A program made the translations under genes and the position numbers. Below the pieces are notes generated by a model, which was given only the letters and a program-made list of their open reading frames with translations, made no database searches and was not told the DNA's origin. Positions 1 to 8,554 of a stretch of 64,000 nt of DNA are shown here, one piece after another; the first letter of the stretch is position 1; each line of letters begins with the position of its first letter. Source of the stretch: Patescibacteria group bacterium (GTDB taxonomy: Bacteria; Patescibacteriota; Minisyncoccia; Phycocordibacterales; WO2-35-19). The stretch covers positions 218-64,217 of the forward strand of contig JBBTQO010000009.1 of the NCBI GenBank assembly GCA_038065655.1. The letters run 5' to 3'.

Positions 1-611
1 TGGGACTTTAGCAAATTTATCATACTTATGATGAGTTTGAAATACTTACCTCCCTTTTTAACTCTGATTCGGCACATGCCAAACCTAAGCTTTCCCTCTT
101 TTTTACCCTTTAAAATATTGATATTGCTAATTTGTGAAATGGGAATATTTAATAAATTACTCCAAAACTTTTTGACCCTTGAAACATCATTATCTTCATA
201 TATACGAAGCGTTATTTTTAAGTCTTCTTTATTGATTCCAATAAAATACAAACACTCAACAAATACTTTTACAAGAGCAGGATCACTGTTTATTAAATTT
301 AGTTCTTTTTTATTTCCTTCTCCCCAATACAAGGCTGCCAATACAACAAAAGGGTTTTGTTTATTAAATGGTAATAGCAACTCTTTTGCCATTGTTTCAG
401 CGTTTTCCCACCCAACCTTAGAAAGATTTTTTGAATTGAAACGTTTTAAGCTAAAAGCTTCTTTAAACTCTTCTTTCACTTGCACATCTTTTATGTACTT
501 AAAAATGGTTCCTTTACCGGCTGAAACAATGTTTTTTATTTCTGATAAAGTGTGTCCACTAGAGCGCAAATTTCTAATCAATTCTATTTTTGCTTCTGAT
601 AATTTTTCCAT
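1..611 (-). CDS. HTH + LAGLIDADG-like domain protein (partial, continues past window start)
   Basis: Absent from the ORF track because it runs off the window edge. My own minus-strand translation from ATG at 611 gives MEKLSEAKIELIRNLRSSGHTLSEIKNIVSAGKGTIFKYIKDV...PFVVLAALYWGEGNKKELNLINSDPALVKVFVECLYFIGINKEDLKITLRIYEDND.... It is a clear paralog of 49378..50058, sharing the ALYWxEGxK and DPxxLKVFV motifs. A TATAAT box sits 6 nt upstream of the ATG, so the mRNA may be leaderless. Confidence 0.5.
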   Translation of the reverse strand, partial: MEKLSEAKIELIRNLRSSGHTLSEIKNIVSAGKGTIFKYIKDVQVKEEFKEAFSLKRFNSKNLSKVGWENAETMAKELLLPFNKQNPFVVLAALYWGEGNKKELNLINSDPALVKVFVECLYFIGINKEDLKITLRIYEDNDVSRVKKFWSNLLNIPISQISNINILKGKKEGKLRFGMCRIRVKKGGKYFKLIISMINLLKS

Positions 612-694
612 ATGTAAATTATACACCGTTCAGTAAAGGGTCTACAGTTCAAATTGTGGAAAACTAAGGGTTTTGTGTTAATATAATTTGTATT

Positions 695-765
695 GCGGGT
701 ATGGTTTAGTGGTAGAACGCGATCCTTCCAAGATCGTCGCGCCGGTTCGATTCCGGCTACCCGCA
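695..765 (+). tRNA. tRNA-Gly (anticodon TCC)
   Basis: Hand-folded cloverleaf. Acceptor GCGGGTA/TACCCGC, D-stem GTTT/GAAC, anticodon stem CGATC/GATCG with loop CTTCCAA, T-arm GCCGG-TTCGATT-CCGGC, discriminator A. No CCA is encoded. Confidence 0.8.
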
Positions 766-794
766 CAGGTGAAAAGAAGTGGTAAGATATTTAT

Positions 795-1115
795 ATGATT
801 TGGGTAATACCTTTAGTGATCCTTATATTTTTTGAAGCAATTGCTGATATTCTTGCCAAGGAGTGGTCTTTGGGTAATAGGTCTATAACTTATGCATTTC
901 TATCTCTAGTTGTCTACCTTTTAGCCAATTCCTCGTGGCTTATTGCCTTGAAATATGGCTCTGGATTGGCTAGAGGGGCAATAATATTTTCTGTGGCTTC
1001 GGCCATATTAGCTTCCGTAATCGGTATTGTTTTCTATAAAGAGCATCTGTCACCAATTCAACTTGTGGGAGTCTTTCTTGGCGTTTTTTCAATTATCTTG
1101 ATAGTTTGGGAATAG
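795..1115 (+). CDS. small 4-TM membrane protein, SMR/EamA-like (ArnE/ArnF-like) transporter
   Basis: 106 aa, highly hydrophobic, with four predicted membrane spans. Its size and pattern resemble small multidrug-resistance family proteins. Confidence 0.45.
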   Translation: MIWVIPLVILIFFEAIADILAKEWSLGNRSITYAFLSLVVYLLANSSWLIALKYGSGLARGAIIFSVASAILASVIGIVFYKEHLSPIQLVGVFLGVFSIILIVWE

Positions 1116-1138
1116 GTATTATTTCCCTTGAGAGATTT

Positions 1139-1228
1139 CTACAACTTTATCAAAATCATCTTCTGTAGAGATTTTGTTTTTTTGGAGTTTGTCGCATTTT
1201 TGACACATGTTGATTTTGAGTTTGCCAT
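1139..1228 (-). pseudogene. degraded duplicate of the 3' end of the RNHCP-domain gene at 2219..2515
   Basis: Plus-strand 1132..1196 is about 90% identical to 2229..2293. In the minus frame it encodes ...MCQKCDKLQKNKISTEDDFDKVVEISQGK*, matching the C-terminus ...HKCQKCDKLQKNKISTEDDFDKVVEISVK of the intact gene. No intact N-terminal part is present. Confidence 0.6.
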
Positions 1229-1327
1229 ATGTTGATAAATTACCAAAGTGCCACAAAGGTCATGATGCATTACGCAGATTTGACTTTTTTGTTTAACTGT
1301 GTATAATATAGAACAGGAGGTTACTGT

Positions 1328-1714
1328 GTGGTGCAAAAAATTCTGTTTTCTGTCACATTTTTGGTCATGTTTGGGCTTTCGTCGTGTGGTGCTCAGAAGG
1401 AGATTGCCTGCCACGGCGTTATTTTCCATGTGAACGATCGTGACGCGTGGTTTGGAGAAAGCCAGAGTTGGATTTGGAACAAAAACCAATACCCAATTGA
1501 AATTACAAAGAACTCCACATACGCAAACAAGTTCCACCATGACTGGGAGATACTCTGGGTCAAAAATCTTATTGGAGGTGAAAAAATGACAGATAGTATG
1601 CACCTTGATGTCATTTACTTCGTCTCAGTCAACAATAAAGAAAGAACTGGGGGATTTATTTTTAATCCCAACAGTTCTGCGCAGCAGCAGTGCGGTGACT
1701 TTGGTACGAAGTGA
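1328..1714 (+). CDS. putative lipoprotein
   Basis: GTG start 7 nt after an AGGAGG SD. N-terminus MVQKILFSVTFLVMFGLSSCGAQ has a signal peptide with lipobox LSSC. Confidence 0.5.
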   Translation: MVQKILFSVTFLVMFGLSSCGAQKEIACHGVIFHVNDRDAWFGESQSWIWNKNQYPIEITKNSTYANKFHHDWEILWVKNLIGGEKMTDSMHLDVIYFVSVNNKERTGGFIFNPNSSAQQQCGDFGTK

Positions 1715-1770
1715 TCGATAGGTGAATGGCCGCGTTCGCATGAGCGCGGCATTTCGTATATAATAATTTT

Positions 1771-2202
1771 ATGTCTTCACTTCCAAAACCGCCGCCAAAA
1801 TCTATTATTTATGATAATGAGTGGTTATATGTATGTTTGGCTCTTTTCCCCATTACCAAGGGACACGTAGTTGTTGTTTGGAAAAAAGACATGCCAGATT
1901 TGCATGATCTTTCAGATTCTGAATATGACTATCTAATGGAAATTGTTGATATTGCTCGTGATGCACTTTTAAAAACTTTAAATTTAGAAAAGGTATATTT
2001 GATGTATATGGATGAAGTAAAACAAGTGCACTGGCATTTAGTGCCCCGATACAATGAGCAAGGATTTGATGTTTTTTCTCATGAACCAAAAGAGACTCAT
2101 GATTTTTCCCTTGTTTCCGAGGTACAAAAAGCATTTTTGGAAAGATTACAGATAAGAGAAATTAAATTACCCAAAATAGTTTCCATAGCGTCCCATAACT
2201 AA
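1771..2202 (+). CDS. HIT-like (histidine triad family) protein
   Basis: 143 aa. C-terminal motif QVHWHLVP is a variant of the HxHxHxx triad with two of the three His retained. N-terminal region resembles the HIT fold. Confidence 0.5.
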   Translation: MSSLPKPPPKSIIYDNEWLYVCLALFPITKGHVVVVWKKDMPDLHDLSDSEYDYLMEIVDIARDALLKTLNLEKVYLMYMDEVKQVHWHLVPRYNEQGFDVFSHEPKETHDFSLVSEVQKAFLERLQIREIKLPKIVSIASHN

Positions 2203-2218
2203 CATAAACAAAAAAACA

Positions 2219-2515
2219 TTATTTAACTGAAATCTCTACAACCTTATCAAAATCATCTTCAGTAGAGATTTTGTTTTTTTGGAGTTTGTCGCACTTTTGG
2301 CATTTGTGGACTATAGACCACTCTCCCCCATTTTCTTCAGCTGAGAGGGGCTCCATAAGCCCACAACAAGTCTCTTCCCTATCGCCCGGAAAAATATCAA
2401 CATGCTTTGAATACAGGCAGTTTGGACAATGATTAGTAAAGCCGTTCCCCGTTATTTTAGTTTTACAATTTTCGCACACGAAATTTTCAATCTTCTTTTT
2501 AAATTTTGAAGACAT
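2219..2515 (-). CDS. RNHCP-domain zinc-ribbon protein
   Basis: 98 aa with multiple CxxC pairs and the diagnostic FTNHCPNC (RNHCP-like) motif. Confidence 0.5.
   Translation of the reverse strand: MSSKFKKKIENFVCENCKTKITGNGFTNHCPNCLYSKHVDIFPGDREETCCGLMEPLSAEENGGEWSIVHKCQKCDKLQKNKISTEDDFDKVVEISVK
2229..2293 (+). repeat. direct repeat partner of 1132..1196 (3' end of RNHCP gene)
   Basis: About 65 nt, about 90% identical. Confidence 0.6.
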
Positions 2516-2555
2516 ATACTATTTAATTTATTAGCTGTTTCAAATCAGAGTCTGA

Positions 2556-5486
2556 CTACTGGGAAACATATTCGAAGGCTCCCAAATCGTAAGCTGTACC
2601 CTGAGGTCTTGATATCGCTGTGTAGTCGGTTGTTACATAACCGCTGACCGTATTTGATCCGGCATTTATAGCCGGACTTCCAGCCTGTAATCTTAGGTCT
2701 GAAGTTGAAACAAACAACGGATCTACTGTTTTTGCGCCTGATACTGTTATTCCATCACCAGATGGGGCTGATGTACCGTAGAACAGGTCGTTTTGGCTAT
2801 TGTAAGTACCACCCTGATAGGTTTCCAAGTTAAGTACATTAGCTCCAAGACTTCGGTAAATATTATTGCGAGATATAACTTGTGCGGTGCCAGTAATACA
2901 CATCATAATACTACTCCCATTCAACCCATAGAAAGTATTGTTGTAGAGATAGGCGTTGCGTGTGCCCCATGCAAAATACATTCCACCACAACCGTTAGTG
3001 TTTTCTCGCAATACATTGTTATAGATCCAAATATCTCCGTTGTGTGGAGTGGTATCACCGGTGTAGATAAATTCCATGTTTCCACCGTGGAAGTAGTTGG
3101 AGTGAATAAAGACGTGGTCAACTGTCTTTGTGCCTCCAGCGCCACGACTGACGAATATTGCTCCACCTCGGTTGTCACTACCAGCATAAGGTGAGTCAAA
3201 CTCATTCCAGCCCACTGTCACATAGTCAATGCTTTTATCTCCCGTGATGTAATCAGGGTGAGTCTTGATATAAACATTGTGTTTGTAACTGTCATATCCG
3301 TTGTTTTTAAATAAGTTTCCAAGAACTTGAACTTGTTGACTGTTGTCTACCATCACGACTCCAGTCCAGGCATCTGTGCGCATATCCTCCATACTGTTAC
3401 CTATAACTCGTATATAATCTCCCCAAAGACCAAACGCTTGCGTCCCACCTGTAATTCGAAGTTTTGCAAAGGTGAAATAGTTGTTACGTCCATATGGTGA
3501 GTAGTTGGCGTTCCAAATTACTCCTCGGTCGGCATTGAGATTATTGATGAGTGGGGTTTCGCCAGGATAACCTATTAACGCCTTACGCTTTGTACTGCTA
3601 CCATATGGCCCACGAAGTGCTACGAAGGTATCATCAACATCTAAGGCTGTATAGGTTCCATTTTTAACATAGACAATATATTGCCCATCGCCTGAAGGGT
3701 TTAACCCAGGATTAAATTTAAGGATATCTTTCCATGCTGTAGCTACGGTTGTACCATTGTTTGAGTTGCTTCCTGTAGGAGAAATAAAGTAAATTGCTCC
3801 TGCCATAACTTTAAATGGTAATGAATTTGAAGTGACACCGTTTACATTAACCGTGATTGATCCATCGCCATCAGTTGCAGAACTTTGAATCCAGAAAGTA
3901 ATTCTTTCTAACCCTCTGACTGAGCTGGTTATTCCCCATTCAACATATTCAGTAACTTTAGCACCGTTTATTGTCACATAACTTGTTCCTCTGGTGCTAC
4001 CTAAGTTTTCACCCCAAATGGTTATAGCTGCTCCTTTTGATGAGGAGCCCTCCCATCCTGTCTTTGGCCCCCAATCAAGATCGGAGAAAAATATTACTGG
4101 TCCTCCGGTAACACCTGGAGTTGGAATAGGGGTAGGTGTGGGAGTAGGCGTAGGAGTTGGGGTAGGAGTCGGAGCTGTATACTTAACTATATAATCTTCA
4201 ACAGCCCATCCATCTACTTCAGAATCAAAATTTATATTCCACCAAAACATACTATTTGCGTACGATGAACCACCAGTGACTGTTCCCAAGGAACCCAAAA
4301 TTTGGGTACCCAATAGACTTCCTGAAGTAGAAGGGGTTGATCGAACATTTAGATTGTCGGTTGTCTGAACTTTGTCACTAATTATAAATTTAGTACTGAT
4401 TGGGTCTGGGACCGGATCTGGAACAGGTTGAGATACTGTAATTGTTACGCTTTTATTAACGGAACCGCCTGTGCAAGTGATGGTGTAACTTGAATTACTT
4501 GTTGGAGCGACACTATAGGTACCGCTAGTTGATATTGATCCAGATAATGCACCACTTGCAGTACAAGAAGTAGTATTTTGAGAACTCCATGTAATTGTTG
4601 AACTTTGTCCAGAAGTTATTGATGTTGGAGACGCGCTAATCGAAACTGTTGGGGCAGGTGTTGGAGTAGGTGTGGGAGTTGGGGTAGGGCTATCTGAAGA
4701 TGTTTTAGGTTTAAATGATGCAAATACCGAAATAATATTGTAATCGGAATTGGTGTTGTTGGTTCCATTAAAACTATAACTACCTGAATTAACCGCCAAC
4801 TTTTCTGCAAGCAACAATCCATCAGCGCTTATTCTTGAAGTAAAACTTGGGTCTGGATTTAAAATGATAGACGATGAGCCATAAATTTCGGTGGCGCAAC
4901 CGACTAGCAATTCATTTGTCGATGAAGTATTTAACTGACCCGAATCCCATTTTGAACCGCCCTTATACCCTGAGTCATTTGCTACAAAACTATCTAATAC
5001 ATCAATCCCGCTATATTCCGCTGCCATCAAAATCGAAGGTCCCCAAGGGAAATTGGCTGACACTTGAGTTGCCCCACCATAATTATCGGTGGCATAATAG
5101 ATACTTAAATATCCGGCTGAACTGCTATTTTTTATACTACTTACCAATTTATAAATGTTTGATTTGTCGTCAGTAATTTTTGTTGGTACATCTCTACCAA
5201 CAAAACATGCAATAATGGTGTCACCTTTTAAAGTTTGATTTAATTTTGTGTATGTTGATGAGCCCCCAGTTGATTCATCTTTGTAACTTGATTGAATAAA
5301 TTTTATTTCTGAAGGTAATGACAAAATGACTGTTGAAGAATTATTGAAAATAGAATTATATATACTTGCAATATTTAATCTTTCTATATTTTGGGTAATA
5401 AAGGAATTGTTTCCCCACAAAATATATCCGGACAAAAAAAGTAGCAATCCGCTTATTGTCAGAAGAATCTTATTTCTAAATTTCAT
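2556..5486 (-). CDS. large secreted/surface multidomain protein with Pro-Thr linkers, Ig-like and SH3b-like modules and a C-terminal right-handed beta-helix (pectin-lyase-fold-like) region
   Basis: 976 aa. N-terminal signal anchor MKFRNKILLTISGLLLFLSGYILWG. Two PT-rich linkers (PTPTPTPTPAPT and PTPTPTPTPTPTPIPTP). An SH3b-like stretch (LNVRSTPSTSGSLLGTQ...GWAVEDYI). Repetitive NNxxxxN/G beta-helix-like repeats near the C-terminus. Confidence 0.55.
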   Translation of the reverse strand: MKFRNKILLTISGLLLFLSGYILWGNNSFITQNIERLNIASIYNSIFNNSSTVILSLPSEIKFIQSSYKDESTGGSSTYTKLNQTLKGDTIIACFVGRDVPTKITDDKSNIYKLVSSIKNSSSAGYLSIYYATDNYGGATQVSANFPWGPSILMAAEYSGIDVLDSFVANDSGYKGGSKWDSGQLNTSSTNELLVGCATEIYGSSSIILNPDPSFTSRISADGLLLAEKLAVNSGSYSFNGTNNTNSDYNIISVFASFKPKTSSDSPTPTPTPTPTPAPTVSISASPTSITSGQSSTITWSSQNTTSCTASGALSGSISTSGTYSVAPTSNSSYTITCTGGSVNKSVTITVSQPVPDPVPDPISTKFIISDKVQTTDNLNVRSTPSTSGSLLGTQILGSLGTVTGGSSYANSMFWWNINFDSEVDGWAVEDYIVKYTAPTPTPTPTPTPTPTPIPTPGVTGGPVIFFSDLDWGPKTGWEGSSSKGAAITIWGENLGSTRGTSYVTINGAKVTEYVEWGITSSVRGLERITFWIQSSATDGDGSITVNVNGVTSNSLPFKVMAGAIYFISPTGSNSNNGTTVATAWKDILKFNPGLNPSGDGQYIVYVKNGTYTALDVDDTFVALRGPYGSSTKRKALIGYPGETPLINNLNADRGVIWNANYSPYGRNNYFTFAKLRITGGTQAFGLWGDYIRVIGNSMEDMRTDAWTGVVMVDNSQQVQVLGNLFKNNGYDSYKHNVYIKTHPDYITGDKSIDYVTVGWNEFDSPYAGSDNRGGAIFVSRGAGGTKTVDHVFIHSNYFHGGNMEFIYTGDTTPHNGDIWIYNNVLRENTNGCGGMYFAWGTRNAYLYNNTFYGLNGSSIMMCITGTAQVISRNNIYRSLGANVLNLETYQGGTYNSQNDLFYGTSAPSGDGITVSGAKTVDPLFVSTSDLRLQAGSPAINAGSNTVSGYVTTDYTAISRPQGTAYDLGAFEYVSQ

Positions 5487-5615
5487 AATATAAAATTATC
5501 TTGTAATAAAACTTATAAAACCCAACTACTATAGTTTAACAGACTATTGCTGTGTAAAATGTCCTATATGGGGATATCAAATTGTGCCACTTCGCTAAAG
5601 CTTCGCGGCATACTA

Positions 5616-5686
5616 TCGGAGTGCCGAGAATCGAACTCGGACCTAATGCTCCCAAAGCATTTATACTACCACTATACTACACTCCG
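5616..5686 (-). tRNA. tRNA-Pro (anticodon TGG)
   Basis: Minus-strand fold. Acceptor CGGAGUG/CACUCCG (7 bp), U8, D-stem GUAU/GUAU (with wobbles), anticodon stem AAUGC/GCAUU with loop UUUGGGA, T-arm CCGAG-UUCGAUU-CUCGG, discriminator A. No CCA is encoded. Confidence 0.75.
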
Positions 5687-5703
5687 TTAACTCAAATATA
5701 CTA

Positions 5704-6096
5704 TCACAAAATTATATTTTCCATAAATTTGACTTTGGCTACTCGTCTTTCTTGATCTAAAAACACACAAGCCAAATCAAATTGCCATAGAGGTTCCTTC
5801 TTGTATTTCTCCAGTAAGTAGGTTTGGATGGCTCTCCTTAGTCTTTTAAGCTTCCATGGGTGCATATTATCTTCTGGCCGGTAGTTGTTTATCTCTTGCT
5901 CAAATCTTCCCCCATAGCTATTGCGACTAACAGTCTTAACTTCCACAAAATGAAGGACTTTGTCTTTTTCCATTATGATATCTATTTCTCCCCATTTCCT
6001 TCTATAATTCCGGCAAATTAAAATATAGCCTTTTTTTGAAAGGAAATTGGTAACGATGTTCTCCCCCATTTCTCCAGTTTTGTTATGTTTTGCCAT
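5704..6096 (-). CDS. yraN: YraN-family (UPF0102) predicted endonuclease
   Basis: 130 aa. GEMGENIVTNFLSKKGYILICRNYRRKWGEIDIIMEKDKVLHFVEVKT matches the conserved YraN pattern (GExxA...GY.IL.RN.R...GEIDII....LVFVEVK). Confidence 0.8.
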   Translation of the reverse strand: MAKHNKTGEMGENIVTNFLSKKGYILICRNYRRKWGEIDIIMEKDKVLHFVEVKTVSRNSYGGRFEQEINNYRPEDNMHPWKLKRLRRAIQTYLLEKYKKEPLWQFDLACVFLDQERRVAKVKFMENIIL

Positions 6097-6264
6097 AAAA
6101 AATCAAAAAGTCTTTGACTTTTAAAAAACCCTTATTTAGAGCCATATTTTATTTTTAATGACCTTGACTTATACACACTGTCCCCTCAGTTATCCCCAGT
6201 TTTGTTGAAAACTAAGGCCAACTACACCACAAAGACATTTTAACAAATTTTAGGACAAATTTAT

Positions 6265-6376
6265 ATAACTCACCCTACCCTCTCTTATTTCTTTAGAAAC
6301 ACGAAGTACAACAAGAGAGGGTTTTCGGAAAGTCCCTTCCCTTGTTGTAAGGGAAGGGATTTAGGGATGAGTTATT
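6265..6376. repeat. Family-A hairpin elements, two head-to-head copies (GTTGT-loop hairpin + GGG(A/T)GAGTTATT tail)
   Basis: 6334..6376 is cccttccc-ttgttgtaa-gggaaggg then atttagggatgagttatt. 6265..6325 is the reverse-orientation copy (ataactcaccc...ccctctctt...acaacaagagaggg) with an insertion in the loop. Confidence 0.6.
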
Positions 6377-6418
6377 GAATTTTGTATTATGAAATATTTA
6401 TGCTAAATTATTAGCATC

Positions 6419-6489
6419 GCGGCCATAGTTTAATGGTATGACACGTCCTTGCCAAGGATGAGATGGGAGTTCGATTCTCCCTGGCCGCA
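6419..6489 (+). tRNA. tRNA-Gly (anticodon GCC)
   Basis: Acceptor GCGGCCA/TGGCCGC, anticodon stem CGTCC/GGATG with loop TTGCCAA, T-arm GGGAG-TTCGATT-CTCCC, discriminator A. No CCA is encoded. Confidence 0.75.
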
Positions 6490-6528
6490 CAAAGAATTGT
6501 CTCTTTGTTTGTGTTATTATGATTTTAT

Positions 6529-6600
6529 GCGCCCGTGGTGAAACGGATATCATGAATGCCTTCGAAGCATTTGTTGGGGGTTCGAATCCCTCCGGGCGCG
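6529..6600 (+). tRNA. tRNA-Arg (anticodon TCG)
   Basis: Acceptor GCGCCCG/CGGGCGC, D-stem GTGA/TCAT, anticodon stem AATGC/GCATT with loop CTTCGAA, T-loop TTCGAAT, discriminator G. Confidence 0.7.
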
Positions 6601-6613
6601 CACCACACAGAAA

Positions 6614-8101
6614 ATGTCTAACAAAGCTAAAATAGAAAAATTTAAGATACCAGAAGAAGTTTCCCATGTAACTAAGGCGCTCAAGGATGCTAGTTTTGAG
6701 GCGTATTTGGTTGGTGGCTGTGTCAGGGATCTCTTTATGGGGAAAAAGCCTAAAGATTGGGATATTACAACCAATGCCATTCCAGAACAGATTATTCCCC
6801 TATTCCCTAAAACTTTTTACGAAAATGATTTTGGTACAGTTGGAGTTGTAAATGAAGAGGTTTCTGATGAAACTCTTAAGATTATAGAAATCACTCCATA
6901 CCGCATTGAAAGCTCATATTCTGACCATAGAAGGCCTGATAGTGTTCAATTCAGTAAAAACATACAGGATGATTTAAAAAGACGTGATTTTACTATAAAT
7001 GCTATTGCCTATGATGTTGAGACCGGAGAAATAATTGATCCTTTTGCTGGAGTGGCTGATTTGGCCAGAGGAATTATAAAAACGGTTGGAGAACCAAAAG
7101 AAAGGTTTTTTGAAGATGGCCTAAGAATATTGAGAGCTGTCCGGTTTCATGTGCAACTCGGCTTCCCTCTTGATTCAGAAACAGAAAAATCAATACTAGA
7201 AAATAGGGACATTTTGGGAGAAGTTTCTAAAGAAAGAGTTAAGGATGAATTTATGAGTATAATTATGTCCTTAAATCCCTCTAGTGGCCTTTTCCTATTA
7301 AGAAAATTAGGTTTGCTACATTATATTATTCCAGAACTTGAAGAATCGTTTGACGTAGAACAAAACCAGGCCCACTCCTATGATGTCTGGAATCACCTCC
7401 TTAAGACGGTCCAACATTCTGCTGACAAGGAATACCCGTTACATGTGAGACTTGCCGCTCTCCTTCATGATATAGCAAAGCCTAGAACTAGAAGATGGGA
7501 CAAAGAGGCAAATCAATGGACTTTTTATGGTCACGAGGTCGTGGGTTCACGTGTAACTAAAGATATACTTGAAAGATTAAAGTTCTCACGTGAAACAATT
7601 GAGAATGTAACTAACCTAGTTCGCTGGCATATGTTCTTCTCAGATACTGAGCAAATTACCCATTCTGCCGTTAGGCGTCTTATAGCCAATGTGGGCAAAG
7701 AAAATGTATGGGATTTGATAGATATGCGCATGTGTGATCGTATAGGTACTGGTAGACCTAAAGAAAGTCCCTACAGGCTTAGAAAATACAAGTCTATGAT
7801 AGAGGAGGTAATGAGAGACCCGGTTTCGGTTGGGATGCTTAAAATTGACGGTCGGAAAATAATTGAATTACTAAATATTGCTCCAGGTCCAAAAGTCGGG
7901 CAAATACTAAATGCCTTATTGGAAGAGGTTTTAGAAGATCCAACATTAAATAATGAGGAGTATTTAAATAAAAGGACAATAGAATTGTCAAATATGTCTG
8001 ATACAGAATTAAAGAGTTTAGGGGAAAGTGGTAAGAAAAAGAAGGAAAAAGAAGAAGAAAAAAAGATAAAAGAAATAAGGGGCAAACATTATGTTCAATA
8101 A
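6614..8101 (+). CDS. cca: CCA-adding tRNA nucleotidyltransferase with HD domain
   Basis: 495 aa. Head motif LVGGCVRDLFMGKKPKDWDITT is the classic GGxVRD...D.D signature. An HD domain follows (HSYDVWNHLLKT...LLHDIAKP). Lys/Glu-rich C-terminal tail. Starts 14 nt after the tRNA-Arg gene. Confidence 0.85.
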   Translation: MSNKAKIEKFKIPEEVSHVTKALKDASFEAYLVGGCVRDLFMGKKPKDWDITTNAIPEQIIPLFPKTFYENDFGTVGVVNEEVSDETLKIIEITPYRIESSYSDHRRPDSVQFSKNIQDDLKRRDFTINAIAYDVETGEIIDPFAGVADLARGIIKTVGEPKERFFEDGLRILRAVRFHVQLGFPLDSETEKSILENRDILGEVSKERVKDEFMSIIMSLNPSSGLFLLRKLGLLHYIIPELEESFDVEQNQAHSYDVWNHLLKTVQHSADKEYPLHVRLAALLHDIAKPRTRRWDKEANQWTFYGHEVVGSRVTKDILERLKFSRETIENVTNLVRWHMFFSDTEQITHSAVRRLIANVGKENVWDLIDMRMCDRIGTGRPKESPYRLRKYKSMIEEVMRDPVSVGMLKIDGRKIIELLNIAPGPKVGQILNALLEEVLEDPTLNNEEYLNKRTIELSNMSDTELKSLGESGKKKKEKEEEKKIKEIRGKHYVQ

Positions 8102-8312
8102 AGATAGAGTTATCCACTTTTTGTCCTTTACATTATTTTTAAAAGACATAAAATTTCTATCAGACAGCTAATATTTTTTAATCGAACATAATCATTAGCA
8201 TTTGTTCTTTATAATCCGATGCATCGGATTGAAAGAAAGTTTGGTTAGACATAAGAATAGGTTATATATATTCTCACTATTTTATTTTTAAAATGGAATA
8301 TCATACGATTTC

Positions 8313-8450
8313 TTATGAATGCGCTTTTTGACGAAACTTACCTTTCAAATACTCTTTTGTCCGCTTACAAGCCGCCTTGTCGTGTGAAATTCCTCCACCA
8401 CATCTTGGCGGTTTTGTTGTGTTTGGAAAATCAAAACTCTTCCTCGTCAT
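8313..8450 (-). CDS. possible small basic protein (45 aa)
   Basis: MTRKSFDFPNTTKPPRCGGGISHDKAACKRTKEYLKGKFRQKAHS. A TATTATAAAA -10-like box lies immediately upstream (leaderless-like). It sits next to the 8474..8525 repeat. No homolog recognised. Confidence 0.25.
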   Translation of the reverse strand: MTRKSFDFPNTTKPPRCGGGISHDKAACKRTKEYLKGKFRQKAHS

Positions 8451-8473
8451 AAGTTTTATAATACACACAAATT

Positions 8474-8525
8474 TTCTTGCTAGAAAATTTGCTCGTGTTC
8501 GCGCCGTCGCGCTCACAAGGCATTC
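8474..8525 (+). repeat. ~52-nt repeat, copy 1 (intergenic)
   Basis: ttcttgctagaaaatttgctcgtgttcgcgccgtcgcgctcacaaggcattc is about 80% identical to 28332..28383. Confidence 0.5.
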
Positions 8526-8554
8526 TAAAACTTACGACTTCAACGAGTTTTGGT

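Noticed and set aside
28-636. 202-aa + strand track ORF at the window start
   Set aside because: It is low-complexity, and the real gene is on the opposite strand (HTH-LAGLIDADG-like, with clear paralogy to 49378..50058).
1139-1603. Track ORFs on the minus strand (154 aa and 73 aa) opposite the lipoprotein gene
   Set aside because: They are antisense to a gene with SD, signal peptide and lipobox. The 3' part is a frame-shifted remnant of the RNHCP gene, so there is no coherent protein.
4100-4200. Short tandem DNA repeats (ggagtaggcgtaggagttggggtaggagtc..., also near 4650-4700) that could look like a CRISPR array or microsatellite
   Set aside because: They lie in-frame inside the 976-aa CDS and encode PTPTPT linkers; there are no spacer-repeat periodicity and no cas genes.
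6398-6780. Track ORFs 6398..6667 and 6550..6780 (minus)
   Set aside because: They overlap the two well-folded tRNA genes and the cca start, so they are spurious.
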